This document shows, piece by piece, positions 40,751 to 51,224 of a stretch of DNA of 58,945 nucleotides. Each line of letters begins with the position of its first letter. The first letter of the stretch is position 1. Under the pieces are notes generated by a model. The model was not told the DNA's origin. It saw only the letters and a list, made by a program, of their open reading frames with translations, and made no database searches. A program made the translations under genes and the position numbers. The stretch is from Chloroflexota bacterium (GTDB taxonomy: Bacteria > Chloroflexota > Limnocylindria > Limnocylindrales > CSP1-4): positions 1 through 58,945 of the forward strand of contig JBHOQO010000078.1 in the NCBI GenBank assembly GCA_042408925.1, in the 5' to 3' direction.

Positions 40751-41500
40751 TCAGCCCCGCCGGACCGTCCGGCCCACGAGCCGCCCGTCGTGGAGGTCGA
40801 CGATCTCGTCGGCGACGTCGAGCATGAGCGGGTCGTGGGTCGCCACGATCGCCGTCATCCCCTCGCTGTCGACGAGGGATCGGAGGAGGACCATGATCCG
40901 GTGCCCCGTCTCGGTGTCGAGCTGGCCGGTCGGCTCGTCGGCGAGGAGGAGCGTCGGCCGGTTCGCCAGCGCCCGGGCGACGGCAACCCGCTGGCGCTCC
41001 CCGCCCGAGAGCTCGTGGGGTCGGTGGGCGGCCCGCTCGGCGAGGCCGACCCGTTCGAGGAGTTCGGCGACCCGGGCCTCCCGCTCGGCCGGCTCGGTGC
41101 CGACGAGACGGAGCGGGACCTCGACGTTCTCGGCGGCGGTGAGGATCGGGATGAGGCCGAAGGTCTGGAAGACGAAGGCGACCGCCCGCCGCCGCAGCTC
41201 CACGAGCTCCGCCTCGCTCAGCGCCGAGACCTCCCGGCCGTCGAGGAGGACGTGCCCGCGGGTCGGCCGATCGAGGCCGCCGAGGAGGTTGAGGAGCGTC
41301 GTCTTCCCACTCCCCGACCGGCCCCGAACGCAGACGAGGCGCCCCGGGGCGACGTCGAGATCGACGTCCCGGACGGCCCGGACGACGCCGCCGGGCGCCG
41401 GGTAGTCGCGGCCCAGGCCGACGGCCGAGACCCGAGCGCCGCGCGACCCGCGGTCGTCGGGCCGCGCCGGCGTCCGGACCGGGCCGATCGGAGCGCTCAT
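40751..41500 (-). CDS. ABC ATP-binding protein
   Basis: GRSGSGKTT, LSGGERQRV, LADEPTGQLD. Confidence 0.93.
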   Translation of the reverse strand: MSAPIGPVRTPARPDDRGSRGARVSAVGLGRDYPAPGGVVRAVRDVDLDVAPGRLVCVRGRSGSGKTTLLNLLGGLDRPTRGHVLLDGREVSALSEAELVELRRRAVAFVFQTFGLIPILTAAENVEVPLRLVGTEPAEREARVAELLERVGLAERAAHRPHELSGGERQRVAVARALANRPTLLLADEPTGQLDTETGHRIMVLLRSLVDSEGMTAIVATHDPLMLDVADEIVDLHDGRLVGRTVRRG

Positions 41501-42504
41501 CGGTCGCCCTCCGCGGCCTCGGACGAGTCGGGCCGCGCTCGTGGTGCCGCCCCCGGGCCGGGCTCGCCCCCCGGCTCCGTCGCCGAGGCCGACCCTGCTG
41601 CCGGACCGGAGGGGGCCGGCTCGCCAGGCTGCCCGCCGCCCCGCGCGCGATCGGGCCAGACCCCGATGTGGTCGGTCTCGAGGCGGAGTCGAACCCGGTC
41701 ACGGAGGGAGAGCGCCTCGATGTGCGCCCGCGGCAGCTGGAGCCGCCCCGCCCGGTCGAGGACCGCGAACTCCTCGGCGACGAGGCGGTGGTCGCCGGCG
41801 TCGGTCCGCTCCGTCCAGCGGAGGGTTTCCGTGGCGGTCCGGCCGTCCCGGATCGCCACGGTCCGGCGGACCTGCTCCGAGACGAGCGGATCGTGGGTCA
41901 CGATGACGATCGTCGTCCCCAGCTCGGCGTTCACCCGCCGAAGAAGCGCGAAGACCTCGGCCGCCGTCGCGCTGTCCAGCTCGCCGGTCGGTTCGTCGGC
42001 GAGGAGAACCGGCGGGGCGTTGGCGAGGGCAACGGCGACGGCGACCCGCTGCTGCTCGCCGCCCGAGAGCTCATCGGGCCGATGGCCGGCCCGATCGGCG
42101 AGACCGACGAGCTCGAGCAGCTCGCGGGCCCGGCGCCGACGGTCGCGCCGACCGTCGAGGACCATCGGCAGCTCGACGTTCTCCTCCGCCGTCAGGTACG
42201 GGAGGAGGTTCTGGCTCGTCTGCTGCCAGACGTGGCCGACGACCCGCCGTCGGTAGGCGGTTCGCCCACGGCCGCTCAGGCGCCCGAGGTCGTGGCCGGC
42301 GACGATCGCCCGACCGGCCGTCGGGACGTCGAGGCCGCCGAGGATGTTGAGGAGCGTCGACTTCCCGCTTCCCGAGGGACCGACGACGGCGACGACCTCA
42401 CCGGCCTCGACGACGAGATCGAGGCCCTGGAGGGCGACGACCTCGATCGGGCCGACGGTGTAGATCCGGACGAGGTTCTCGCAGCGGATGATCGGGTCGG
42501 ACAT
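41497..42504 (-). CDS. ABC ATP-binding protein with C-terminal AbrB-like extension
   Basis: [25 protein letters not shown]; VLDRAGRLQLP; GGAGG SD before ATG 42504 (alternative 42543). Confidence 0.92.
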   Translation of the reverse strand: MSDPIIRCENLVRIYTVGPIEVVALQGLDLVVEAGEVVAVVGPSGSGKSTLLNILGGLDVPTAGRAIVAGHDLGRLSGRGRTAYRRRVVGHVWQQTSQNLLPYLTAEENVELPMVLDGRRDRRRRARELLELVGLADRAGHRPDELSGGEQQRVAVAVALANAPPVLLADEPTGELDSATAAEVFALLRRVNAELGTTIVIVTHDPLVSEQVRRTVAIRDGRTATETLRWTERTDAGDHRLVAEEFAVLDRAGRLQLPRAHIEALSLRDRVRLRLETDHIGVWPDRARGGGQPGEPAPSGPAAGSASATEPGGEPGPGAAPRARPDSSEAAEGDR

Positions 42505-42554
42505 CGCCACCTCCAGATCCTGCCCCTTGGGCGTCGTCGTCATGATGCGTCCCC

Positions 42555-45383
42555 TCACTCCACCTCGCCACGGAGGACCGCCGCCGGCCGGACCGGCCGC
42601 TCGACGCGGGCCGCCCACCAGGCCCCGACGACGGCGATGGCGGCCGCTGCGCCGAGGAGGAGGACGAGCCGCTCCGGCTCGATGGTGACCGTACCGTGGA
42701 GTTGGGCCGCGAGCCCCGGCGGGAGCGGCCGTCCGATCGCCACCTCGAGCCGCAGCCCCTCGGCCAGGAACGCCTCGAGGACCACCCCGGCCGCCACGCC
42801 GAGGAGGCCGGCGACGCCGAGGAGCGGCCCGTACTCGAGGACGAGGAGGCGACGGCGGGCCGCGCCCGGGAGCCCGAGGATCTCCAGGACCCCACCCTCG
42901 AGGGAACGGCCGGCCCCGACGACGAGGATCGAGGCCCAGACGAGGACGACCGCGTACCCGCCGGCAAGGAGCGACGCGCCGAGGAGGGCGGCGCCGAGCC
43001 CGGCGGCGACGGGCTCGGCGCCCAGGCGCCGAGTCTCGGCGGCCCGCTCGGCGAGGACGAGTCCAGGCCGCTCGGCGACGAAGCGCGCCAGGCCGGGGGC
43101 CGCCGACGGATCGGCGGCAACGAAGAGATCGGTCGTCGGCAGCTCGAGCCCCGCCGCCGCCAGGAGCGCCCGGTCGACGACGACGAAGCGACCGTCGGCG
43201 GCGGTCGTCGGCACCGAGGGGACGAGGCCGAGGACGCGCAGGGTCACCGACCGGGGGCCGAGGAGGAGGCCGAGGGTCTCGCCGGGGGCCAGCGCGTCCG
43301 GTGCCGCCCCCAACGGCTCGCCGACGAGGGCCGGGATCGCGCCGTCGGGTCCGCGGACGTCGAGCTCGGGCGGGAAATCGACCGGGAACGGCGCACCGGC
43401 GAGGATCCGCCGGTACGCGCCGACGTCGACGGCGAGGACCTCCACGGGCTCGGCGACGGTCCCCACGACCGACTCGGCCCGGTACGCGCCGGCGACGGCC
43501 TCGACGCCGGCGACCCCGCGCGGATCCGTCCCCTCGGGGAGGATGCCGCCGGGCCGGGTGATCCGGAAGTCGGCCCCGACCGCCTGCCAGGCGACGGCGT
43601 CGCTCGCCGCTCCCAGCCGGGCGAGGGCCGCGGCCGAATAGCCGCCGACGGTCGTCGCCACGAGGAGGGCGAGGACGATCGGGCCGTGGCCGGAGGCCGC
43701 CGCGAGTCGGCGGGCGGCGTGGACCGCGACGAACCCGCGGCCCCTCGCAGCGAGCCGGGCGAGGGGCCGGAGGGCCGGGGGGAGGATCCGGCGGCCGAGG
43801 AGACCGAGGGCGAGCCCGAGCAACGCCGGGACCGCGGCGAGGAGCGGGTCGACGGCGCCCCCGCCGGCCCCCTCGACGCCCCCGGTGGCGACCCCCGTCC
43901 CCGCCGGCGCCGCGAGCCCACGCGCTCGGAACAGGAACGCGGCGACGATGGCGAGCCCCGCGACGGCGAGCTCGAGAACGCGGCGCCGGGCGGACGGCCG
44001 CCGGGTCGCCGGTTCGTCAGCCGCCAGCCGCCCGGCTCCCGGACGAAGCGATCCAAGGCCGGCGAGGGCGGCCGTCGTCGCCGATCCGACGACGAGGACG
44101 GCGACCCCGACGCCGAGGGCAACCGGCAGCCGCGGGTCGTCGACGGGAGCCATCGCTCCCCCTGCCGCCCCGGCGGCGAGACCGAGCGGGACGAAGACGA
44201 GGAGCCCCTCGCCGATGAAACTCGCCGCCACGTGGATGTTCGAGGCGCCGCGGCCGCGCCACAGGGCGAGGCTGCCGCGCCGCCGGCGGACGGCGAGGCC
44301 GGCGACGACGAGGAGGCAGGCCCCGGCCAGGAGGAGCGGGCCCGTCGCCGCCGCCGTCGCTGCGACATCGGCGGTTCCGAAGGCCACCTGTTCGGCCTCC
44401 ACGATGGCCAGGAGGTTCGTCCGCAGGTTCGTCGGCGTCCCCGTCGGATCGCGGAAGACGGTTCCGAGGCGCCGGAGCCCGACGACGAGGGCGTCGACCC
44501 CGCGTGGTGCGAGCCGCTCCGGGTCGACGAGGTAGCGCCAGGTCAGCATCGTCGGCACCGTCTGGTCCCGGGTGGCGGCCATGTACCCCTCGTAGGCGGC
44601 GGGGGCGAGGATAAAGCGGACGTCCGCCGATTCCTCGTTCAGGTTCAGGAAGCGCGTCACCGACCGATCGAGGGGCAGGTCGCCGAACCAGTACGGATCG
44701 CCGGGATCGACGACCTCGAAGAGCCCGACGACGCGGACGGCGAGTTGGCCGAACCGCCCGACAAAGCCGGTCCCGGCGAGCGGGTCGCTCCGGTCGAGCT
44801 CGAGCCGCACGACGTCGCCGACCCCGACCCCGATCGTCTCGGCGGCGGCTCGACCCAAGGCAACTTCGAAGAGCCGGACCGGCGGCAGCTCGCCGATGAT
44901 CTCGATCTGGAACGTCGTCGGCGGCCAGCCGGGAACCGTCTCGAACCGATCCGTCGGCCACCGTCCGGCGACGAGCCGGAGGTGGCCCTCGACGTCCGGC
45001 TGGAAGCGCAGCCGGGCCGCCCGGGGGAACGGCCCCGGGTCGACGAAGACCCAGCGGGGGCTCTCGACGATGACGCTCCGCTCGGCGATGAGGGCCCGGA
45101 CCGGTTCGGGGAGGCGGGCCTCGAGGGCGGTGCCGACTGCCACGATCGGGGCGAAGGGGTCGTCCGGGCCCGCCTCGATCCGACCGGTCCGGGTGAGCTG
45201 GAGGTTCCGACTGGCCGGGGGCGCCGTCGTGAGGGCCGAACGGAGGGCCGTCGCCGCCCACTGCTCGTGAAGCCCCGGGACGAGCCCGAGGACGAAGGCC
45301 GAGACGAGGACGAGGCCGGCGAGGCTCACCGTCGAGGCTCGCTCCGAGCGCCAGCGCAGGAGGGAGAGCTGGAGCCACCGCAT
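42555..45383 (-). CDS. Large FtsX-like ABC permease
   Basis: Two TM bundles, RRRGSLALWRGRGAS, large extracellular domains; operon with two ATPases. Confidence 0.85.
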   Translation of the reverse strand: MRWLQLSLLRWRSERASTVSLAGLVLVSAFVLGLVPGLHEQWAATALRSALTTAPPASRNLQLTRTGRIEAGPDDPFAPIVAVGTALEARLPEPVRALIAERSVIVESPRWVFVDPGPFPRAARLRFQPDVEGHLRLVAGRWPTDRFETVPGWPPTTFQIEIIGELPPVRLFEVALGRAAAETIGVGVGDVVRLELDRSDPLAGTGFVGRFGQLAVRVVGLFEVVDPGDPYWFGDLPLDRSVTRFLNLNEESADVRFILAPAAYEGYMAATRDQTVPTMLTWRYLVDPERLAPRGVDALVVGLRRLGTVFRDPTGTPTNLRTNLLAIVEAEQVAFGTADVAATAAATGPLLLAGACLLVVAGLAVRRRRGSLALWRGRGASNIHVAASFIGEGLLVFVPLGLAAGAAGGAMAPVDDPRLPVALGVGVAVLVVGSATTAALAGLGSLRPGAGRLAADEPATRRPSARRRVLELAVAGLAIVAAFLFRARGLAAPAGTGVATGGVEGAGGGAVDPLLAAVPALLGLALGLLGRRILPPALRPLARLAARGRGFVAVHAARRLAAASGHGPIVLALLVATTVGGYSAAALARLGAASDAVAWQAVGADFRITRPGGILPEGTDPRGVAGVEAVAGAYRAESVVGTVAEPVEVLAVDVGAYRRILAGAPFPVDFPPELDVRGPDGAIPALVGEPLGAAPDALAPGETLGLLLGPRSVTLRVLGLVPSVPTTAADGRFVVVDRALLAAAGLELPTTDLFVAADPSAAPGLARFVAERPGLVLAERAAETRRLGAEPVAAGLGAALLGASLLAGGYAVVLVWASILVVGAGRSLEGGVLEILGLPGAARRRLLVLEYGPLLGVAGLLGVAAGVVLEAFLAEGLRLEVAIGRPLPPGLAAQLHGTVTIEPERLVLLLGAAAAIAVVGAWWAARVERPVRPAAVLRGEVE

Positions 45384-45387
45384 CGGC

Positions 45388-48300
45388 TCAGATCTCCGTC
45401 GCCCGGATCGTCGCCGCCGGCTCCAGGTGGGCCGTGCGGCGGTCGAGGAGGAAGGCCGTTGCGGCGAGGACGAGCGGCGCTCCGAGGACGAGGACCGCGA
45501 TCGTCGGCCAGGGGACGGCGACGACGACCGGCGGAACGGGAGGCAGCCCCTCCGGGGTCAGGACGAGGGCCGGCAGGACGAGCCAGGCGAGGAGCGCCCC
45601 GATGCCGATGCCGGATCCGAGGCCGGTCAGGAGGAGTGCCGATTGCTCGAGGGTCAGCCAGGCGACCACGTTCCACCTCGAGAGCCCGAGGGCCCGAAGG
45701 ACGGCGAGCTCGGTCGCCCGTTCGTCGGCCGCCGCGACGGCGCCGAGCACGACGCCGAGGATCGCGAAGACGAGCCCGGTGAGGCTCGCCAGGACGAGGG
45801 CACCGATGAGCCCGACGGCGATCGGATCGCGGAGCAGCGCCGCCGCCCGGGCCTCGCGCCCGACGACCTCGGCCGGAGCCGTCGGGCCGGCGGCGATGGC
45901 GGCCAGGGCCCCAGCCTCGTGCCCCGGCTCGACCGCGAGCCACCACTCGTCGATGTCGGTTCCGGACCGGGTGGCGGCGAGGGCGGCGAGCTCGAGGCTC
46001 GGGCCGTCGACGACGGCGAAGGGGCGGGCGGGGTCGAGGGGCGCGAACCGCTCGACGACGGCGACGATCCGGAGGCGGGTCGCCAGTCCGAGGGAGTCGA
46101 TCGGGAGGACGTCGCCGACGTCGACCCCGGCCGCATCGGCGAGGGACCGGTCGACGATGGCGGGCAGATCCGGGACGGACGGCAGCGCCGGAGCGAGATC
46201 GAAGGTCGTTCCGGGTTCGGTCACCGGGAGATCGGGGCGCTCGAGATCGCCGCCGATGAGGATGCCGCCGCTGTTCTCGGGCACGACGAGGGTGATCCGG
46301 CCCGGCGCCGAAGGATCGGTCGGATACGGCACGCTCACCGCGGCGCCGAAGCTCGGCGGGTTGATCCGGGTCCACGACCAGCCGGGAGCCGGGACCTCGA
46401 GGCGCGCGAGCGGCGCCCCGGCATCGCCCGGCCCGGCGAGCACCTCCCGAAGCTCGATCGTCCCGACGACCTGGACGTAGCCGGGCGGGTAAACGGCGAG
46501 TCCGATGCCGACGAGCCGGAGCGGACCGGCCGGCTCGACGTGGGCGCTGCCGCCCGCCGCCGGTCCGCTCGGGAGCTCACCCCCGAGGGGGACGTCGACG
46601 AGCTGCTCGCCCCCGGCAGCCGAGATCCGCGGCCCTTCGAGTCGAACGAGCCGCCCGTGGCCGTCGAGAAGGCGAACCTCGACCACGAATTCCGGCGCTC
46701 CGGCCGCCGGGAAGCCGGGGACCTCGGCGACCTCGAGGCGGGCGTCGACGACGAGCCGGAGTCGGACGCTCCCCGGCGGGAGCTCGATCCCGGGGGCCGA
46801 CGGTCGACCCGACCGAAGCGCCTCGAGGGCCCCGAGGACGGCCGGTCGCTCGGGATCGTCGAGGCCCGCGAGGGCGCCGCCCACGACCTCGGGTTCGATC
46901 CCCACGAGCTCGGCGTCACGGACGCTTCGGCCGGCGTCGAAGGAGCGGCGGGTGACCGCGCTCGCGGCGGTGACGCCGTCGAGCCGCCCGTACCAGGCGC
47001 CGGCCAGCCACTCCGGGGCGCGGGGATAGTCGGGGGCGACGATCCGGATCCCGGCCGCCGCCTGATAGGCCGCCTGGTCGCGCTGGGAGCGCTCCCAGGT
47101 CCCGGCATAGGCCGCCGCGAGCGTCGTGACCCCGGTCGCGAGCATGACGAGGAGGGCGAGGCGGAGGAACCGGAACGGCCGTCGGGCAACCTGGCGCGCC
47201 GCGAGGGCGAGGACGGCGCCCCGCCGGCGGCCGGCGAGCCATTGGCCCGCCTCGGTAAGGCGGGGCACGACTCTCAGGGCGACGACGGCCCCACCGAGGA
47301 GGCCGATCGCCGGGCTGGCGATGAGGACCGGATCGAGGCCGACCGCCTCGCTTCGGCCGACGAGCGGACCGCCCGCCCGCCGGAGCTGCCAGACGGCGAT
47401 CGCGGCCGCGACGACGATCACGACGTCGAGCCCCAGCCGCACGACGAGGCTCGCCCGTCCGGCCCGGGCCACCTGGGCCCGGACGACGGCGAGCGACCCC
47501 CCGAGGACGCTGCCGGGTGCGACGAGGGCGGTCGCGACGACGGCCGCCCCGATCGTCGCGAGGGCGACGAGGGCCGCCACGTCGGGGTCGGGCGGTGCCC
47601 CGGTGAGGAGGCCCGCGGCGCCGAGAGGTCCGAGGGAGCCCACGATCCGGACGACGCCGTAGGCGGCGAGCGGCCCGAGGACGACGACGGGCAGGGCGAC
47701 GACCGTCGCCTCGAGGAGGGCGAGGCGGGCGACGTGCCAGGCGCCGGCGCCCCGCGCCCGGAGGAGGACCGCCTCGCCAACCCGCCGGTCGGCGAGGAGG
47801 GCCGAGAGGAGGAGGACGCCGTAGAGGGCGAGGACGGCGAGCTCGATCGTCACGATGAGGACACCGGCCCGGCCGACGAGGGCGATCCGTGCCTCGGTCC
47901 GGAGGGCGTCGGCGAGGCCCAGGGTGAGGGTCGGTGCCCGGTCGCGCGGCAGGGCCGCCGGCAGCCTCGTCGCGAGGGCCGCGACGTCGTCCGCGACGGC
48001 GGCGGCGTCGGCGGCTCGGATCGTGTCGAGGTCCGGGACCGCCGTCCACTCGAGATCGAGGGTCTCCGCCAGCCTCGAGACGTCGCCGAGGGCCGCGAGG
48101 GCCGGCCCGACCGCTGCCCCGGGACTCGCGCCGGCGTCGACCACCAGCGGCGCGGCGGCCCAGCGCGGGTCGCTCGCTTCGGGACGCCAGAGGCCGGTGA
48201 CGACGAGGGTGACGGGCGTCGCCGGACCCGCGGTCGCCGCGAGGCGATCGCCCGGTCCGAGGCCGAGCCGGGCGGCGACCTCGACCGGGAGGGCGACCTC

Positions 48301-48795
48301 GACCACCGCGGCGTTCGCCCCACTGCCGGCGGCGCCGCTCCGACCCGCTCCCTGACCCGCTCCCAGGCCCGCCGGCCAGCGCCCCGCCGCGAGACTCGCC
48401 CGGCTCGAGAGCGTGGCGTCGCCGGCGACGATCGAGAGGGCCGTCGCATCCGACCGGTCGCGAAGACCGACGACGGTCCGGGCCGCCAAGCCCACGCCAC
48501 CGCCCGCCCGGGCGATCGCCCGCTCGAGCTCGCCTCGGACGACGGCGTCGAGGGATTCGAGGGCCTCGCCCGGAGCCAGAAGCCGGGCGCGGATCGCCCG
48601 TTCGTCGGCGGGCCTGGCGAGGAGTGCCCGCCGCAGGCCGCCGTCGGCGACGGTGTCGGCATAGAGGACGCCGGCGGCGAGGGAGCCCGCCGCCGTGAGG
48701 ACGAGGATCGCCGAGACGAGGGCGGTCGTGGGACCGGCCTCGATCCGGCGAAGGGCGATCCGGAGCAAGCCGCTGGGGCCGATCAAGGCGCTCAC
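45388..48795 (-). CDS. Large FtsX-like ABC permease
   Basis: RRVGEAVLLRARGA and ERATELAVLRALG; probable GTG start 48795. Confidence 0.85.
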   Translation of the reverse strand: MSALIGPSGLLRIALRRIEAGPTTALVSAILVLTAAGSLAAGVLYADTVADGGLRRALLARPADERAIRARLLAPGEALESLDAVVRGELERAIARAGGGVGLAARTVVGLRDRSDATALSIVAGDATLSSRASLAAGRWPAGLGAGQGAGRSGAAGSGANAAVVEVALPVEVAARLGLGPGDRLAATAGPATPVTLVVTGLWRPEASDPRWAAAPLVVDAGASPGAAVGPALAALGDVSRLAETLDLEWTAVPDLDTIRAADAAAVADDVAALATRLPAALPRDRAPTLTLGLADALRTEARIALVGRAGVLIVTIELAVLALYGVLLLSALLADRRVGEAVLLRARGAGAWHVARLALLEATVVALPVVVLGPLAAYGVVRIVGSLGPLGAAGLLTGAPPDPDVAALVALATIGAAVVATALVAPGSVLGGSLAVVRAQVARAGRASLVVRLGLDVVIVVAAAIAVWQLRRAGGPLVGRSEAVGLDPVLIASPAIGLLGGAVVALRVVPRLTEAGQWLAGRRRGAVLALAARQVARRPFRFLRLALLVMLATGVTTLAAAYAGTWERSQRDQAAYQAAAGIRIVAPDYPRAPEWLAGAWYGRLDGVTAASAVTRRSFDAGRSVRDAELVGIEPEVVGGALAGLDDPERPAVLGALEALRSGRPSAPGIELPPGSVRLRLVVDARLEVAEVPGFPAAGAPEFVVEVRLLDGHGRLVRLEGPRISAAGGEQLVDVPLGGELPSGPAAGGSAHVEPAGPLRLVGIGLAVYPPGYVQVVGTIELREVLAGPGDAGAPLARLEVPAPGWSWTRINPPSFGAAVSVPYPTDPSAPGRITLVVPENSGGILIGGDLERPDLPVTEPGTTFDLAPALPSVPDLPAIVDRSLADAAGVDVGDVLPIDSLGLATRLRIVAVVERFAPLDPARPFAVVDGPSLELAALAATRSGTDIDEWWLAVEPGHEAGALAAIAAGPTAPAEVVGREARAAALLRDPIAVGLIGALVLASLTGLVFAILGVVLGAVAAADERATELAVLRALGLSRWNVVAWLTLEQSALLLTGLGSGIGIGALLAWLVLPALVLTPEGLPPVPPVVVAVPWPTIAVLVLGAPLVLAATAFLLDRRTAHLEPAATIRATEI

Positions 48796-49080
48796 CTCCG
48801 CTCCCGCCCCGGCCGCGCGCCGCTCGCTCGGAACGCGCAGCCGGCGGAAGTCGCGCCACGGTCGAGGGTGCGGTCGCGACCCACGGACCGTGTCCACCGC
48901 ACAATACCGGCAAACGCCCCGGGATGTTCGTGGCGGGCCTGCCGGCGGGGCGCGATCGCCGGCCGCTGCAGGCCCGCGGCCCTTCCGGGTAGACTGTCGG
49001 ACGCCGCGCGGGTCCCGGTCGCCCCCCGCCACAGGGGGCCGTCCCGAGTGCCGATCGACCGCCGCGCCGGCACCCTCGGC

Positions 49081-49157
49081 GGTGGCCTTAGCTCAACCGG
49101 CAGAGCATCGGATTGTGGCTCCGAAGGTTAGGGGTTCGATCCCCCTAGGCCACCCCA
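49081..49157 (+). tRNA. tRNA-His(GTG)
   Basis: G-1, acceptor GTGGCCT/AGGCCAC, anticodon arm TCGGA-TTGTGGC-TCCGA, T-loop GTTCGAT, C73 and encoded CCA. Confidence 0.97.
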
Positions 49158-49626
49158 CGCCGCCGCATCGCGCGCCGAATCCGAGCGAACCGCGAGGCGC
49201 GGCCCAGCGAGTCGGCTGCCCCGTCAGAGCGGCGATGACGTCGGAGTCCTTGTCGGAGGGCCGGCGACGGAGCGGACCCCGACGGGCACGCTCCCACCCG
49301 GTCCGCCGCGCCCCGAGCCGGCCCGGTCAACGACCTCGCGAAGGGCGGCGTGCGCAGCGTCGGTCGCCAGCTTCGTCCCCGGCGAACGCCGCCGCCGGGG
49401 GCGACGTGTCCAGACCGTACCGTCGAGTGGCGGCGCGCCATCGAGAAGACGCACGATGCTCGCGACTCCTGCGCAGCACGGCAAGCGGTGGACCGCTGCC
49501 TCCAGTCCGGCATACCCGTCCCTCGCGACGGCCGCCCGCTGTTCCGTTCGACCGAAGCTCGTCCCGGTCCCGGCCTCACCCGCATGGCAGCCGCACGGCC
49601 GCCCAGCTGGTCGGTTCGCCCGGCGA

Positions 49627-50010
49627 TTCTCCTGGTTACTCGCGGTGGTGGTAGAGCGCGCGACGGGCCCCGAGATTTCCACGTCCTCGGAGCGGTGATC
49701 GTGCTCGGGCGCCCTCGGCGGGGCAGCGATCCGGGGCTCTGGAGTTCCGAATTACTCGCGGTGGTAGTGAAGCGCGCGACGGGCCCCGAGATTTTCACGT
49801 CCTCGGAGCGGTGATCGTGCTCGGGCGCCCTCGGCGGGGCAGCGATCCGGGGCTCTGGAGTTCCGAATTACTCGCGGGGTGAGTACCGTGGAAGAACCGA
49901 CTCCCGGTCTACTACCCCGGCGAGTATCCGAGAATTCCGGCCGGCTCCGGCGGGCGGCGTACTACCACCACGAGTAACCGAGAATTCCGGCCGGCTCCGG
50001 CGGTCGGCGG
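49627..50010. repeat. 116-bp tandem repeat (x2 plus partial) followed by an inverted 50-bp tandem repeat (x2), sharing the TACTCG..GGTAGT core
   Basis: TTACTCGCGG at 49636, 49752, 49868; TACTAC..CGAGTA.CCGAGAATTCCGGCCGGCTCCGG at 49910 and 49960. Confidence 0.9.
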
Positions 50011-50242
50011 TCCGCGACGGGGCGACCGAGCCCCACGCAGTTCCGGCTCCCCTCGCTCGCGCTCATCCCCTCGCCGCCGGGGGCGTACGCCTCGGCACGG
50101 ACGACGCCGCGGGGCCCTGCTCGCCGAGCCGGCCGCCCAACGGGTGTCACGCGTCCTCGTCGGCGCGATGGCGGCCGGAGCGTCCGGCCGGCGGCCTTGC
50201 GCCGGCGCCTGCCACAGGTCGAGCGCCGTGGGCGCGGACCCC

Positions 50243-50270
50243 TTGACGTTTCGGGATTGGTCTATACAAT
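50243..50270 (+). promoter_or_regulatory. Sigma70 promoter overlapped by a HutC/DasR-type GntR operator
   Basis: TTGACG-N16-TACAAT; ATTGGTCTATACAAT at 50256-50270 resembles dre/NagR sites. Confidence 0.78.
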
Positions 50271-50328
50271 CGCGCCAATTCTGGCCGTCGCCCGAGGCGA
50301 CGGCGTCCCGACAACGAGGAGAGGGAAG

Positions 50329-51117
50329 GTGCACAGCCGCCCAACACGAGCGTCGGTCGCCCGGGGCCGCCCCGTCGCCCCGCCGCGCGCGCCTGCCCGT
50401 CCCGCCCGAACCCTCCCCGTCTACCTCCAGATCGAGGAGGAGCTCGCCGAGCGGATCGAGGCCGGGGAGCTCGCCCCCGGCTCCCGACTGCCGACGGAAC
50501 GCGAGCTCTCCGGAGCCCTCGGCGTCAGCCGGATGACGGTCCGGGCAGCCCTCGCCCGCCTCGAGCAGCGGGGCCTGATCCGGCGCCTCCAGGGGAGCGG
50601 CACCTTCGTCGCCGAACCGAAGCTCCGCCAGGACACGAGCCACCTGCGATCCTTCTTCGAGGCCTCCCTCGGCCAGGGCCTGGTGCCGGCCAGCCGTCTC
50701 ATCGAACGGGCCGAGATCCTCGCCACCCGGCACCTCGCCCAGGAGCTCGACCTCCGGGTCGGCGAGCCCGTCTACAAGGTCGTTCGGGTCCGCTCGGTCG
50801 CCGGCGTCCCGGTCGTCCTCGAGACGTCGTTCTTCCCCGCCCGGATCGTGCCCGGCCTCCTTGACCTCGATCTCGAGGGGTCCTCCATCTACCGGCTCAT
50901 GGAGCAGCGCTACGGCGCCCGCCCCGTTCGCGCCCGTCAGGCGCTCGAACCCATCGCCGCCGGGACTCTCGAGGCCGAGCTCCTCGGGGTCGCCGCCGGT
51001 AGCCCCCTCATGCTCGTCGAGCGGACCGCCTGGGATGCCGGCGGCCGGGCCGTCGAACACGCCCGCGACCTCTATCGCGGCGACCGGAGCCGCTTCGTCG
51101 GCGAGCTGACGCTGTGA
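50329..51117 (+). CDS. GntR family regulator, HutC/UTRA subfamily
   Basis: LPTERELS, VSRMTVRAAL, QGSGTFV; UTRA domain ending YRGDRSRF. Confidence 0.93.
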   Translation: MHSRPTRASVARGRPVAPPRAPARPARTLPVYLQIEEELAERIEAGELAPGSRLPTERELSGALGVSRMTVRAALARLEQRGLIRRLQGSGTFVAEPKLRQDTSHLRSFFEASLGQGLVPASRLIERAEILATRHLAQELDLRVGEPVYKVVRVRSVAGVPVVLETSFFPARIVPGLLDLDLEGSSIYRLMEQRYGARPVRARQALEPIAAGTLEAELLGVAAGSPLMLVERTAWDAGGRAVEHARDLYRGDRSRFVGELTL

Positions 51118-51224
51118 TCCGGAAGCGGACGGGAGGTGCGATGACGAGCTAGGGCAGCGACCGCGTCCTGTCGGCGGACCGATCCGCCGGCGTCCTCCCA
51201 TGAGGGTTCGAGGAGGGAGAACAC

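Noticed and set aside
49145-49814. ORFs downstream of the tRNA
   Set aside because: They run through the repeats, with no recognisable motifs or normal codon bias
49627-50010. CRISPR array
   Set aside because: Spacers are duplicated rather than unique, periods are 116 and 50 bp, orientation flips, and no cas genes are present
49081-50200. Prophage or genomic island integrated at tRNA-His
   Set aside because: No integrase, and I saw no duplicated tRNA 3' end in the window
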